64,000 nucleotides of DNA, taken from an uncultured SAR86 cluster bacterium. Lineage in GTDB: Bacteria; Pseudomonadota; Gammaproteobacteria; Magnimaribacterales; D2472. Positions 10,372 to 20,279 of this stretch are shown piece after piece (within the stretch, counting starts at the first letter, position 1; each line of letters starts with the position of its first letter). The notes beneath the pieces were generated by a model that worked only from the letters and a program-made list of their open reading frames with translations, had not been told where the DNA came from and searched no databases. The stretch spans positions 1,770 to 65,769 of the forward strand of contig CACEDS010000005.1 in the NCBI GenBank assembly GCA_902558395.1, given 5' to 3'. A program made the position numbers and the translations under genes.

Positions 10372-13300
10372 ATGTATTATAAAAATTTATTCACATTTTT
10401 AAGTGTTGGTCTTCTATCAACATTTCTTCTAGCAGACAACCCAGGTGAAGAGCCTGTTGTAGAAGAGGCAGAAGTTGTTGAAACCTCTGAAACTTCTGTT
10501 GAGCAAGTTATAGAAGAGGAAACGTCATCAGAAGAAATGACAGAAAATGAAGACGGTGCAGTTGTTCTAGAAAAAGTAGTTGTTACTGGATCAAAAATTA
10601 AAAAAGCACAAGTTGAAGGACCATTGCCTTTACTTGTGATTACAAAACAAGATATAGATAACTCTGGTTTTAGAAATCTAACAGAAGTGCTTCAATCTAT
10701 CCCTTCAGCTAATGCAAGCACACAGAACGAGTCAAAAAATAATTCATTTACTCCTAATGCTAATGAATTAGATCTAAGAAATCTTGGTCCTGGTAGAATT
10801 TTGTATCTTGTTAATGGAAGAAGAACTGCAGATTACCCAATACCTTTTAATAATGCAGGCAATATTGCAAATATCGGAGTTATACCTAACGGTTTGATTG
10901 ATAGAATTGAAGTTTTATCTCAAGGTGCATCTGCTATTTATGGGTCGGATGCTGTTACCGGTGTTGTAAATGTTATAACAGTTAAAGGTAAGGATTTTCA
11001 AGAGTTAGATGTAGATTTCATGGAGACGCAATATGAGGGTAAAAACCAATATTCATTATCGTATACAGCCGGTGGCTTCTTCGGCAACTCAAGTTGGACA
11101 TTTGGAGTTGATTATACTCATGTAGATCCTATGACTTATGCTGATAGACCAGGTCACGACTCATTTGTTAATGATCCTGATTACGGTGTCAGATATACAG
11201 CACCTAGATACGGACTTTACTGGTATACAGGAAATGGACAAAAAGGATGGTATGGTTCTTCTGAGTTTCCAAGTACGCCAACTTGTGAAGAGTTAAGTGG
11301 CGGTGAGTTTTTTGATTTTGATAAACAAGATCCTGAATGGCTATACGCTGGATCATATCCTGGAAGAGGTTGTGGTTGGGATTATGGCAGTGAAAGATTC
11401 GGTGGTAGTTCTCAAACTATTGTGAATGAAAGAGAGGATCTTGCAGCTATATTAAGTTTTACTCATAACTTTGATAATGGTATAGAGTTAAACTCAAGAC
11501 TTTACTCATGGACCGATGAAGCTTTCTATAGAGGGTACCCAAGATTCTGGCAGCATAGCTATTTTCTTGATCCGCAGAGAATTAATGCCTTACAGCAAGA
11601 ATCAACTGATCCTGCTAATGCATATTCAACCGGTTCATTGTCTGCAACATACTTCTTAAGATTCTTTGCACCTTCAATGGGTCCTAATGCTGATAGAAGA
11701 AATGATATTACTGAGGAAGTAAACGATTTTTATGTTGGTCTAAATGGCTTTTTTGAAAACGGTTGGGAATGGGAAGTTGGCTATAACTCTACAACTTATG
11801 ATTATGAAAATGTTAAACAAGATTTCACGAATGCAATAGATGATTACATGTACGGTGTTGGCGCTACTGATGCTGAAGGTAATCTTCTTACTGGTTCATA
11901 TAGACAGTGGCAATACGGTTATGCATACTCAAATGATTTTCTTAATTCTTATGGTCTAGGAGATGCACCTTGTGGTAATGAACTTTTTGGTTACCAAGTT
12001 TGCTTCCTTCCAGACAGATTAATGGGAGTTATGACAAATGAGCAATTGGGAACTTTCTTAGCAGATGACACTCTTAAAGCAGAATCGTCGCAGTCTACTC
12101 TAGATATTTTAGTCTCTGGTGAGTTTGAATTAGCAGGTAAATTTGTAGGTTTTGCTGTTAGTGCTGATATGCAAGAACAAGATTATGACTTAATGCCTAA
12201 CGCTAATAGATTAGCAGGAGATGTATTTAAATCAGGTTCTGTTATTGATGGTGGTGGAGAAAGGGATAGAAAATCCATTGGTGCTGAATTCTCATTACCC
12301 GTTACTGACAAGCTTGAAATGACACTAGCAAGCAGATACGACAGTTATGATGATGCATCGTCTAATGTTGGTTCTAGGGTTTCAAATATGCTTAATTTTG
12401 CATACAGACCCAATGCAAGCTTGCTTATAAGAGGATCAGCTTCTGAAACATTTAGAGCTCCAGATATGAATTACTTATTCCAAGCTTCATCATCTGGTTT
12501 TTATAATAGCGCGACAGACTGGGTAAAATGTTACGCATACGCTGTATCTGGTGACCCAGACTATAACTATGCAGATTTTACAGAGTGTGAAACAAGCACC
12601 CCATCTGTCAAAGGTTTCTTCTCAGGTAATACAGAGCTTGAAGAAGAAGAGGGTGAAAATTTTCAACTTGGCTTAGTATGGTCTATTGATGATAATACAA
12701 CTTTTAAAATTGATGCATATCAAGTAATTCTTGAGGGCGCTGTTAGTACTGAAAGTATTACAACACTTAACTTACAAGAGGGTAAATGCTTGTATGGTGA
12801 AGATTTTGCAACTTTCATGAGAACTAATATTACCGACAGAGATTGTGATCTTGTGAATAGTAAAATCACCAGGGCTGCAATTACTCCTGATCCTATAAGT
12901 GGTAATACAGCTCCAATTGGTACATGGACAGAAGTATATCCTGCATATGTAAACCAATCATCTCTTGAGTATCAAGGAATAGATTGGAGTTTAGATTATA
13001 GATTTGAAACTGAGAACCTTGGTGATTTTTACTTTGGCGTTCTCTCATCTCATATAATTGCTGTTTATCAAAAATTTGATGTGCAGTCAGATGAGGTTGA
13101 ATATCTAAGTACATATACATATGAACCAAGATCGCAACAAAATGCATCAATTTCATGGGTATATCAAGATTTCAGTACTACATTGTTCATGGACAGATTA
13201 GGACATATGGAATGGGGTAGTAGAGGTAAATCTGATCCTCATATAATATCCAATCTCACTACAAGGTATAACTATAGTCCTGATATTAACGTATATTTTA

Positions 13301-13425
13301 GTATCAGAAACTTAGATGATAAAATGCCACAAAGAGATCCTGGTTATGGATACCCATACTATAATCAAAATTACTTTAGTGCTTTTGGTAGATATTATTC
13401 TGCAGGTTTCAACTATAGATTCTAA
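10372..13425 (+). CDS. TonB-dependent receptor
   Basis: Signal peptide, EKVVVTGS TonB box, plug LRNLG..R.LYLVNGRR, IDRIEVL..GASAIYGSDAV.GVVN, C-terminal YRF. Confidence 0.95.
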   Translation: MYYKNLFTFLSVGLLSTFLLADNPGEEPVVEEAEVVETSETSVEQVIEEETSSEEMTENEDGAVVLEKVVVTGSKIKKAQVEGPLPLLVITKQDIDNSGFRNLTEVLQSIPSANASTQNESKNNSFTPNANELDLRNLGPGRILYLVNGRRTADYPIPFNNAGNIANIGVIPNGLIDRIEVLSQGASAIYGSDAVTGVVNVITVKGKDFQELDVDFMETQYEGKNQYSLSYTAGGFFGNSSWTFGVDYTHVDPMTYADRPGHDSFVNDPDYGVRYTAPRYGLYWYTGNGQKGWYGSSEFPSTPTCEELSGGEFFDFDKQDPEWLYAGSYPGRGCGWDYGSERFGGSSQTIVNEREDLAAILSFTHNFDNGIELNSRLYSWTDEAFYRGYPRFWQHSYFLDPQRINALQQESTDPANAYSTGSLSATYFLRFFAPSMGPNADRRNDITEEVNDFYVGLNGFFENGWEWEVGYNSTTYDYENVKQDFTNAIDDYMYGVGATDAEGNLLTGSYRQWQYGYAYSNDFLNSYGLGDAPCGNELFGYQVCFLPDRLMGVMTNEQLGTFLADDTLKAESSQSTLDILVSGEFELAGKFVGFAVSADMQEQDYDLMPNANRLAGDVFKSGSVIDGGGERDRKSIGAEFSLPVTDKLEMTLASRYDSYDDASSNVGSRVSNMLNFAYRPNASLLIRGSASETFRAPDMNYLFQASSSGFYNSATDWVKCYAYAVSGDPDYNYADFTECETSTPSVKGFFSGNTELEEEEGENFQLGLVWSIDDNTTFKIDAYQVILEGAVSTESITTLNLQEGKCLYGEDFATFMRTNITDRDCDLVNSKITRAAITPDPISGNTAPIGTWTEVYPAYVNQSSLEYQGIDWSLDYRFETENLGDFYFGVLSSHIIAVYQKFDVQSDEVEYLSTYTYEPRSQQNASISWVYQDFSTTLFMDRLGHMEWGSRGKSDPHIISNLTTRYNYSPDINVYFSIRNLDDKMPQRDPGYGYPYYNQNYFSAFGRYYSAGFNYRF

Positions 13426-13435
13426 TTGACAATAT

Positions 13436-13466
13436 AAAAAAAGCGCCTTTATGGCGCTTTTTTTTT
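13436..13466 (+). terminator. Rho-independent terminator
   Basis: AAAAAAAGCGCC-TTTAT-GGCGCTTTTTTTTT after the TBDR. Confidence 0.9.
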
Positions 13467-13532
13467 GTAATGATTATAAATACTTTGTCATGCATTAATG
13501 TATATAATATCTATACGTTTTAGGAAAAAATT

Positions 13533-14282
13533 ATGAAATTTAAATATCTCTTCTTACTTATACCATTAACAATAATTTCTCAAGAAATAATTGATGATGC
13601 TATAGACCTTCAAGTTGATTCTTCAAGTTTATCAATTCAAGCTCAAGCAGATATTGAAAGATTAGATGAAGTTTCAAAAAAATTATATTTTGATTACAAA
13701 GATACACTCAATGAATATAAATCATTAAAGAACTATGATGATCAATTATCTAAAATTATTGACTCACAGGTAGATGAAATACAAAGTATTAGAGAGCAAT
13801 TAGATTCTTTAGACGATATTAATATTGATATTCTTCCATTACTAAAAAGAATGATCGATGCTTTAAGAAAGTTTATTGAACTAGATATACCTTTTTTACT
13901 TGAAGAAAGAATAAATAGAGTAAATAATCTTGACGACCTAATTCTTCGATCCGATGTTACAACTGCTGAAAAATATAGAAAGGTTTTTGAGGCATATCAA
14001 ATTGAATCTGATTTTGGTAAAACTATAGAAAATTACTCAAGCTATATCTCATTAGATGACCAAGAAATAGCTGTAGATTATTTTAGACTTGGAAGACTGG
14101 GACTTTTTTATAGAACCCCGGATGGAGATGAAACTGGATACTGGAATGAATTTGAAGAAAGATGGATTCATGTTGGTAATGATTTAGATAAAGACATAAA
14201 AAATGCATTAGACATCTCAAATAGACAGGCACCTCCTAATTTTATTTCATTGCCTTTGAAACCAATAAGTGAGGATAAGTAA
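13533..14282 (+). CDS. DUF3450 (TtpB-like) periplasmic coiled-coil protein of the TonB2-type system
   Basis: LDIPFLLEERI.R, EKYRKVFEAYQIE, RLGRLGLFY; first gene of the operon. Confidence 0.85.
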   Translation: MKFKYLFLLIPLTIISQEIIDDAIDLQVDSSSLSIQAQADIERLDEVSKKLYFDYKDTLNEYKSLKNYDDQLSKIIDSQVDEIQSIREQLDSLDDINIDILPLLKRMIDALRKFIELDIPFLLEERINRVNNLDDLILRSDVTTAEKYRKVFEAYQIESDFGKTIENYSSYISLDDQEIAVDYFRLGRLGLFYRTPDGDETGYWNEFEERWIHVGNDLDKDIKNALDISNRQAPPNFISLPLKPISEDK

Positions 14283-15606
14283 TATGTTATTAAATAGATT
14301 ATTTGTAATTACATTTTTAAGCATTTCTTTATTCGCACAAGAGGGTGAGGAAATACCAATTTCTGAAGTAAGAGATAATAAAATCAAGGCACTTCTAGAA
14401 ATTGTTAAAGAAAATAGGGATATATATGTTTCTGAAGATAAAGAGAGATTAAATAAGTTTATTAATCTTGTTGATGAAAGAGAAAAAATGCTTCAAAAAG
14501 CTAAAACTCAACTTGCTAATGAGCAGAACAGAAATAAAAGGCTTGAAAAGACATTCGAAGAAAATGAAAAAACTTTGGCTGAACTTGAGGATAGTCTTCA
14601 AATTAAGATTGGTGTCCTTGGGGAGCTTTTTGGAGTTACGCGTCAGTTTGCTGGAGAACTTCTTGCAAGCTCTGAAAAAGAAGTAACTTTCTTTGAATAT
14701 AATGATCGTCCCGATGTTCTTAAAAAGGTTGGCTCTAAAAAAGTCCACAATTTAGATGACTTTGAATCTTTATGGCTAAGTTATTTTGATCAAATAGTTG
14801 CTGGAAGCGAGATTATTAAATTTAATGCTCCAATAACACTTCCAAATGGCGAAAGCATTGCTGGAAATGTTATACGTTATGGTTTATTTAATGCTGTTTA
14901 TAACAATAAGTTTTTAGAACCAAAACCATCACTTAATTCATTTCAATTATTAGCTAGTCAACCAGAATCTTCTGTTACAAAATCACTTAAGAAACATGGT
15001 AAAGCCAATGAATATGCTGCTATTTCTATTGATCCAACTAGAGGATTTTTGCTGTCATTATATTTAGATAAGGCTGGATGGTTAGAAAGAATTGCTCAAG
15101 GAAAATCAATAGGTTTTATAATCATCTTAATTGGTTTAATTGGCGTAGCTTTCTCATCATACAAGCTATATTTATTATCCTTTTACAACAAAGAAATTCT
15201 TGATGAAAAAAATAGCGACTCTATTATTAGTAGAATGACTGCTGTTTCACAAAGCTCATCATCAAATGAATCAAAAGAAAATTCTATCGATGAACTTATT
15301 GTTAATTACTCTGCACAAGTTGAATGGGGTAATAACTGGATAAAATTCTTTGCTGCAGTTGCACCATTACTGGGTTTATTAGGAACTGTTATTGGTATGA
15401 TTGAAACGTTCCAAGCCATTACATTATTCGGCACAGGTGACCCTAAACAGATGGCTGGAGGAATATCTCAAGCATTAGTCACAACAATGCTTGGTTTAAT
15501 AGTCGCAGCACCTCTTTTAGGTCTTTATACATATCTTTCTGAAAAATCTTCAACAATTTTGCAATATCTTGAAGAAAGAGCTTCTTATCTATTATCGAAG
15601 GTGTAA
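14269..15606 (+). CDS. TtpC-like long MotA/TolQ/ExbB proton channel
   Basis: IDPTRG, APLLGLLGTVIGMIETFQ, GDPKQMAGGISQALVTT. Confidence 0.9.
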   Translation: MRISNMLLNRLFVITFLSISLFAQEGEEIPISEVRDNKIKALLEIVKENRDIYVSEDKERLNKFINLVDEREKMLQKAKTQLANEQNRNKRLEKTFEENEKTLAELEDSLQIKIGVLGELFGVTRQFAGELLASSEKEVTFFEYNDRPDVLKKVGSKKVHNLDDFESLWLSYFDQIVAGSEIIKFNAPITLPNGESIAGNVIRYGLFNAVYNNKFLEPKPSLNSFQLLASQPESSVTKSLKKHGKANEYAAISIDPTRGFLLSLYLDKAGWLERIAQGKSIGFIIILIGLIGVAFSSYKLYLLSFYNKEILDEKNSDSIISRMTAVSQSSSSNESKENSIDELIVNYSAQVEWGNNWIKFFAAVAPLLGLLGTVIGMIETFQAITLFGTGDPKQMAGGISQALVTTMLGLIVAAPLLGLYTYLSEKSSTILQYLEERASYLLSKV

Positions 15607-15609
15607 GTT

Positions 15610-16119
15610 TTGCTTGACGATCTATTTACAAGAGGTGGCCCGGTTTTATTTTTATTATTTTTGTTAACATTTCTTATATTTACAATTTTTATAAATAAAT
15701 ATTCTTTTTTATATTTTGATAGAGATCTATGGTTGAAAGATAAATTTAATGATTTTGTTAATAACAATCCTCCTACAATGCTTTCTTTAAAACAAGTTGA
15801 TAGTACTTTTATAGCTGAGCTAAAGAGAGTTTCTAATCAAAATATTAAATTGCTAGATGGGTTAATTGGAATGTGTCCAATGATTGGTTTGTTGGGGACT
15901 GTCTACGGCATGATAGAAGTTTTTGAAGTTTTATCATTTTTAGGTACTGGCAACCCAAGAGCAATGTCTTCAGGTGTTGCTAAAGCAACTATACCAACTA
16001 TGGCTAGCATGGTTATCACTTTATTTGGTTTGTATTTTAGACAAGATCTTAGTTATAGAATTGATAAATATATTAATGAAGCAACGTTGCTATTCAAAAA
16101 AGAGGGATATTCACATTGA
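15610..16119 (+). CDS. exbB: ExbB/MotA/TolQ family protein
   Basis: CPMIGLLGTVYGMI, GVAKATIPTMA; TTG start. Confidence 0.88.
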   Translation: MLDDLFTRGGPVLFLLFLLTFLIFTIFINKYSFLYFDRDLWLKDKFNDFVNNNPPTMLSLKQVDSTFIAELKRVSNQNIKLLDGLIGMCPMIGLLGTVYGMIEVFEVLSFLGTGNPRAMSSGVAKATIPTMASMVITLFGLYFRQDLSYRIDKYINEATLLFKKEGYSH

Positions 16120-16520
16120 GAAGAAAGAATAGAAGACAGGCCGAGGATGGTAATTTAGATCTTACTCCAATGATGGATATTGTTTTCATCATGTTAATTT
16201 TCTTTATTGTGACAACATCATTTGTAAAAGAAACTGGGGTTGATATTAATAGACCTAATGCTGAAACAGCTGAAAGAGATGAAAAAGGAAATATCCTAGT
16301 TGCTATAACAGCAACAAATGAAATCTGGATTGATAAAAGAAGAGTAGATTTGAAGGCTGTAAGAGCCAATATTGAAAGATTAAAGATTGAATATCCTGAG
16401 GGGTCAGTAATTATACAAGCCGATAAAGAGTCTAGATCAGGGTTGCTGGTTGAAGCAATGGATCAAATTAGGCTAGCTGGAGTTCAAAATATATCAATTG
16501 CAGCAAAAAATGATTCGTGA
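16116..16520 (+). CDS. exbD: ExbD biopolymer transporter
   Basis: LTPMMDIVFIMLIFFIVTTSF, IQADKE. Confidence 0.95.
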   Translation: MRRKNRRQAEDGNLDLTPMMDIVFIMLIFFIVTTSFVKETGVDINRPNAETAERDEKGNILVAITATNEIWIDKRRVDLKAVRANIERLKIEYPEGSVIIQADKESRSGLLVEAMDQIRLAGVQNISIAAKNDS

Positions 16521-17136
16521 ATATAGAAGATACACCAATGTAATACTTCCCTTTGTAATTACATTTTCTGTATTTCTTATAATTCAAGAATTAATTTCAA
16601 GGTCTGGTGAAACTAATACAAAAAATAAAAAACCCAACTTTGTAGAATTTATAAGAATTAAACAAAATGATAATCTTCAAGAAAGAACAAGAACACTTCC
16701 TGACAAACCTCCTCAACCCAAGAGACCGCCACAACCAAAACTTGAGCTTGATGATTCAAAGCCACCTCCAATGAATAACTTTGATTTTGATGTGCCTGAT
16801 TTTTCTTTACCAACTGATTTTTCAGGTGCGTTTTTAGGAGCTATGCAAGGATTAACAGCTGGAACTAGTCAGCTCATTCCAATTGTTAAAGTTGCACCGA
16901 GATGCCCTAGAGAGGCTGCTCTATCAGGTATAAATGGTTCAGTTTTAATGTTACTTAATGTAAATGCTTCTGGAAGAGTAGATAAAGTGGTTATTAAGCA
17001 AGCAAAGCCATCTAATATTTTCAGCAAAGAAGCTGCAAGAGCTGTAAGACGTTGGCAATTTAAACCAAAAACTATTGATGGTATTGCAGTTGATCAGATG
17101 GGCGAATTATTAGTGGAGTTTGAGTGCAATGTTTAA
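16510..17136 (+). CDS. tonB: TonB energy transducer
   Basis: N-terminal TM, Pro-rich linker PDKPPQPKRPPQP, C-terminal domain AVRRWQFKP. Confidence 0.9.
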   Translation: MIREYRRYTNVILPFVITFSVFLIIQELISRSGETNTKNKKPNFVEFIRIKQNDNLQERTRTLPDKPPQPKRPPQPKLELDDSKPPPMNNFDFDVPDFSLPTDFSGAFLGAMQGLTAGTSQLIPIVKVAPRCPREAALSGINGSVLMLLNVNASGRVDKVVIKQAKPSNIFSKEAARAVRRWQFKPKTIDGIAVDQMGELLVEFECNV

Positions 17137-18352
17137 AGTTTTATTATCTTTTATATTTATATTTTTAACGACTTTGCCAGTAAAAATTTATGCTTCTGAA
17201 GATTCTATAAGTCAATTCACATACGGCTATCTCAAAAGAGTTAATGACTTTCTATCAGATGGTGATTATGAAAATGCGGAAAAGGAGCTAAGCATCTTAT
17301 CAAAAAGATATTTTCTTAATGAGCAAAGCTACGAAAGATCTTTAATTAACCAACTATGGGGAAATTTGTATGCTACTCAAGCCAAATATGATCAAGCAAT
17401 TATCGCCTATGAAGCATCATTAAAATTTAGAAAAATTCCTTTAATAACAAATCTGCAAGTTAGAACTAACTTAGCGCAATGTTATTTTCAAGTAAAAAAT
17501 TTTAAAAAAGTAATAGATGTTCTACTTGAATATAAAAAAGAAGCTGAAAAAAGAGGACAAGAATTTTCGCCGAAGAATAGAGTTTTAATAGGTATTTCAT
17601 ATTATTACGAAGAAGATTTTCAATTGGCATACGATTATATTTCTTCTGCAAATAATATGTCTTTAAAATATGAAGAAGACTGGTTGAGATATGAATTAGC
17701 TTTAGCAGTAAAGCTTAATAAAATTGAAGAAGCAATAGAAACAGGCCAGTTATTGATATACATCAATCCTGAAAAAAAAGAATACTGGACACAAGTAAGC
17801 GGTCTATATTACACCCAAAATAAAGACAATGAATCTTTAGCAGGGCTTGAATTGGCTTTTGATAATGAGTTATTAGTTGAAAGCAAAGAATATAAAGACC
17901 TTGCCAGATATTACTTATACAAAGGGTTGCCTCAAAAAGCAGTAAAAGTTCTAGATTATGGTTTTAAAAATGATTTTTTAGAAATTGATCATAAAAATTA
18001 TGAACTTCTAGCTGACTCTTATTTTATAGCTAGAGATAGAGAAAACGGAATAAAAGCGCTTCAGAAGTCATTATCACTTAAAGAAGACTCAGATATAGCA
18101 TTTAAGATTGCTAGATTTGGTTTCGAAGATGAAAATTGGGTACTAGCATTAAAATATTTTAATGAAGCTAAGAAGTTGGGGTGGAATAAATCACCTGGAA
18201 GGTTAGAGTTATTGATGGGCATAACACAATATGAACTTGGTAATCTCAATGAATCTATTAATTTTTTTAACATAGCATTAGATCAAGATGATACAAAGTC
18301 AGCAGCAGAAGGCTGGATTTCCTTTGTGGAAGATATTATTAAGAATTCTTAA
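17129..18352 (+). CDS. TPR-repeat periplasmic protein (TtpD-like)
   Basis: Signal peptide, repeated TPR-like helices, last gene of the TonB operon. Confidence 0.8.
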   Translation: MFKVLLSFIFIFLTTLPVKIYASEDSISQFTYGYLKRVNDFLSDGDYENAEKELSILSKRYFLNEQSYERSLINQLWGNLYATQAKYDQAIIAYEASLKFRKIPLITNLQVRTNLAQCYFQVKNFKKVIDVLLEYKKEAEKRGQEFSPKNRVLIGISYYYEEDFQLAYDYISSANNMSLKYEEDWLRYELALAVKLNKIEEAIETGQLLIYINPEKKEYWTQVSGLYYTQNKDNESLAGLELAFDNELLVESKEYKDLARYYLYKGLPQKAVKVLDYGFKNDFLEIDHKNYELLADSYFIARDRENGIKALQKSLSLKEDSDIAFKIARFGFEDENWVLALKYFNEAKKLGWNKSPGRLELLMGITQYELGNLNESINFFNIALDQDDTKSAAEGWISFVEDIIKNS

Positions 18353-18389
18353 TTAATGAACTTACTGGTATCATAATTGTCCAACTAAA

Positions 18390-19067
18390 ATGATAATATC
18401 AACTCAAAATCTTAAAAGGTCTTTTCAGGTAGGGTCTGAAAAAGTTGAAGCGTTAAAAGGAATAAATTTATCAGTTGAAAAAAGTGAATTCCTATCAATC
18501 ATGGGTCCGTCAGGTTCTGGCAAGACTACATTAATGAACATTATAGGTTGCTTAGATACACCAACCGAAGGCACATATCATTTAAATAATAATTTAGTGA
18601 ATGATTTAAGTGATGATGAATTAGCAAGAATTAGAAATAAAGAAATTGGTTTTGTATTTCAGTCTTTTCATCTCCTTGCAAAGAATTCTGCCCTAAATAA
18701 CGTTATGCTTCCATTAAAATATGCTGGTGTTAGAGAAGATAATGCGATCACGATGGCAAAAAACGTTCTTGATAAAGTAGGACTTACAAACAGAATAAAT
18801 CATTCACCATCCGAATTATCTGGTGGACAACAACAAAGAGTAGCTATAGCTAGAGCCCTTGTTAATAAACCAAGTATAATTTTTGCCGATGAACCTACTG
18901 GAAATTTGGATTCCCAAACTGGAGATGATGTAATGAATTTATTCAAAGAATTAAATGAACAAGGTCAAACAATTATATTAATTACCCATGAAGAAGATAT
19001 TGCTAGGCAATCAAAGCGTATAATAAATATCAAAGATGGACTAATAGAATCAGATTATAAAATATAA
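18390..19067 (+). CDS. MacB/LolD-type ABC ATPase
   Basis: GPSGSGKTT, LSGGQQQRVAIARAL, ADEPTGNLD. Confidence 0.93.
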   Translation: MIISTQNLKRSFQVGSEKVEALKGINLSVEKSEFLSIMGPSGSGKTTLMNIIGCLDTPTEGTYHLNNNLVNDLSDDELARIRNKEIGFVFQSFHLLAKNSALNNVMLPLKYAGVREDNAITMAKNVLDKVGLTNRINHSPSELSGGQQQRVAIARALVNKPSIIFADEPTGNLDSQTGDDVMNLFKELNEQGQTIILITHEEDIARQSKRIINIKDGLIESDYKI

Positions 19068-19073
19068 ATAATT

Positions 19074-20279
19074 ATGAAAATTAAATTAAAAAATACTTTT
19101 TACATTGCAGGTCTTGTAATTCTAATCTCCTCATGTGGTTCAGATGAAAAACCTCAACAAGAGACTACTTTTTATAAAAGGGAAAATGTTTCTACTAAAC
19201 AACTTGAATTATCGATAGAAGCATCTGGAATAATAGAGGCTATATCATCAGTGGAAATCAAGTCAAAGGCTTCTGGTGAAATTCTTTTTTTAGGCGCCGA
19301 AGTGGGAGACCTTGTTGAGAAAGGATCTATTCTGGGTCAAATTGATCAAAGAACTCCAAAAAATATTCTAGATCAAGCCATGTCTGATCTTCAGGCCTCG
19401 AAAGTTAGGTTGGATAATGCAAAGTCACAATTTGATAGAGGAAAGGAATTACATGCTAATGCAAGTATTTCAGATAAAGATTTTGAAGATATACAAGAGG
19501 GCTTTGCACAGGCCAAGTCTACTCTCGTTAGGACGGAGGTATCTTATGAAAATGCTAAGATTGCATTAGATGACACTATAGTAAGATCACCTGTTCAAGG
19601 CACAATTATTTCAAGACCGGTTGAAGTTGGTCAGGTAATATCATCTCCAACTTCTGCAGTTGGTGGTGGCACCATTCTTATGACCATGGCTGATTTATCA
19701 AAAGTAAGAGTTAGGGCATTGGTTGATGAAATTGATGTAGGTAAAGTTTCAATAGGTCAGGTTGTATCAATTAAAGTTGCGGCATACAGAGATAAAGAAT
19801 TTTTTGGTGTTGTTTCTAAAATTGAACCACAGGCAAAAATAGAACAAAATGTTACTACATTCCCTGTATTAATAGACATAGATAATGATGAAAATCTACT
19901 TTTATTAGGTATGAATACAGATGTTGTTATCGAAGTTTTAAATAAAGAAGTTTCTCTAAGCACTCCTACAATGTCACTTCGAACAAGAAAAGATATTTAT
20001 TCTGCTGCCGGTATTTTAAATATTTCAAAAAACACTGTAGATTCTTTCTTGGTTGAAATTCAAGAGGGGGAGAATTTTAACAAATTTATTGTTATAAAGG
20101 ATTCTAAAGATGGGCCTCAATTAACTTGGGTAAAAATAGGAGTATCTGATCTATCTAATGTAGAAATTTTGAGTGGGTTGAAAGAAGATGATTCAATCTT
20201 TATTTTACCCAGCAAAAGCTTATTTGATTATCAAAAGCGCTTTAAAGAAAGAGTACAAGCATCATTTAGTTTTGGATAA
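19074..20279 (+). CDS. MacA-like periplasmic adaptor (lipoprotein)
   Basis: Lipobox-like ISSC, VEIKSKASGEI, IVRSPVQGTI, VDEIDVGKV. Confidence 0.88.
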   Translation: MKIKLKNTFYIAGLVILISSCGSDEKPQQETTFYKRENVSTKQLELSIEASGIIEAISSVEIKSKASGEILFLGAEVGDLVEKGSILGQIDQRTPKNILDQAMSDLQASKVRLDNAKSQFDRGKELHANASISDKDFEDIQEGFAQAKSTLVRTEVSYENAKIALDDTIVRSPVQGTIISRPVEVGQVISSPTSAVGGGTILMTMADLSKVRVRALVDEIDVGKVSIGQVVSIKVAAYRDKEFFGVVSKIEPQAKIEQNVTTFPVLIDIDNDENLLLLGMNTDVVIEVLNKEVSLSTPTMSLRTRKDIYSAAGILNISKNTVDSFLVEIQEGENFNKFIVIKDSKDGPQLTWVKIGVSDLSNVEILSGLKEDDSIFILPSKSLFDYQKRFKERVQASFSFG

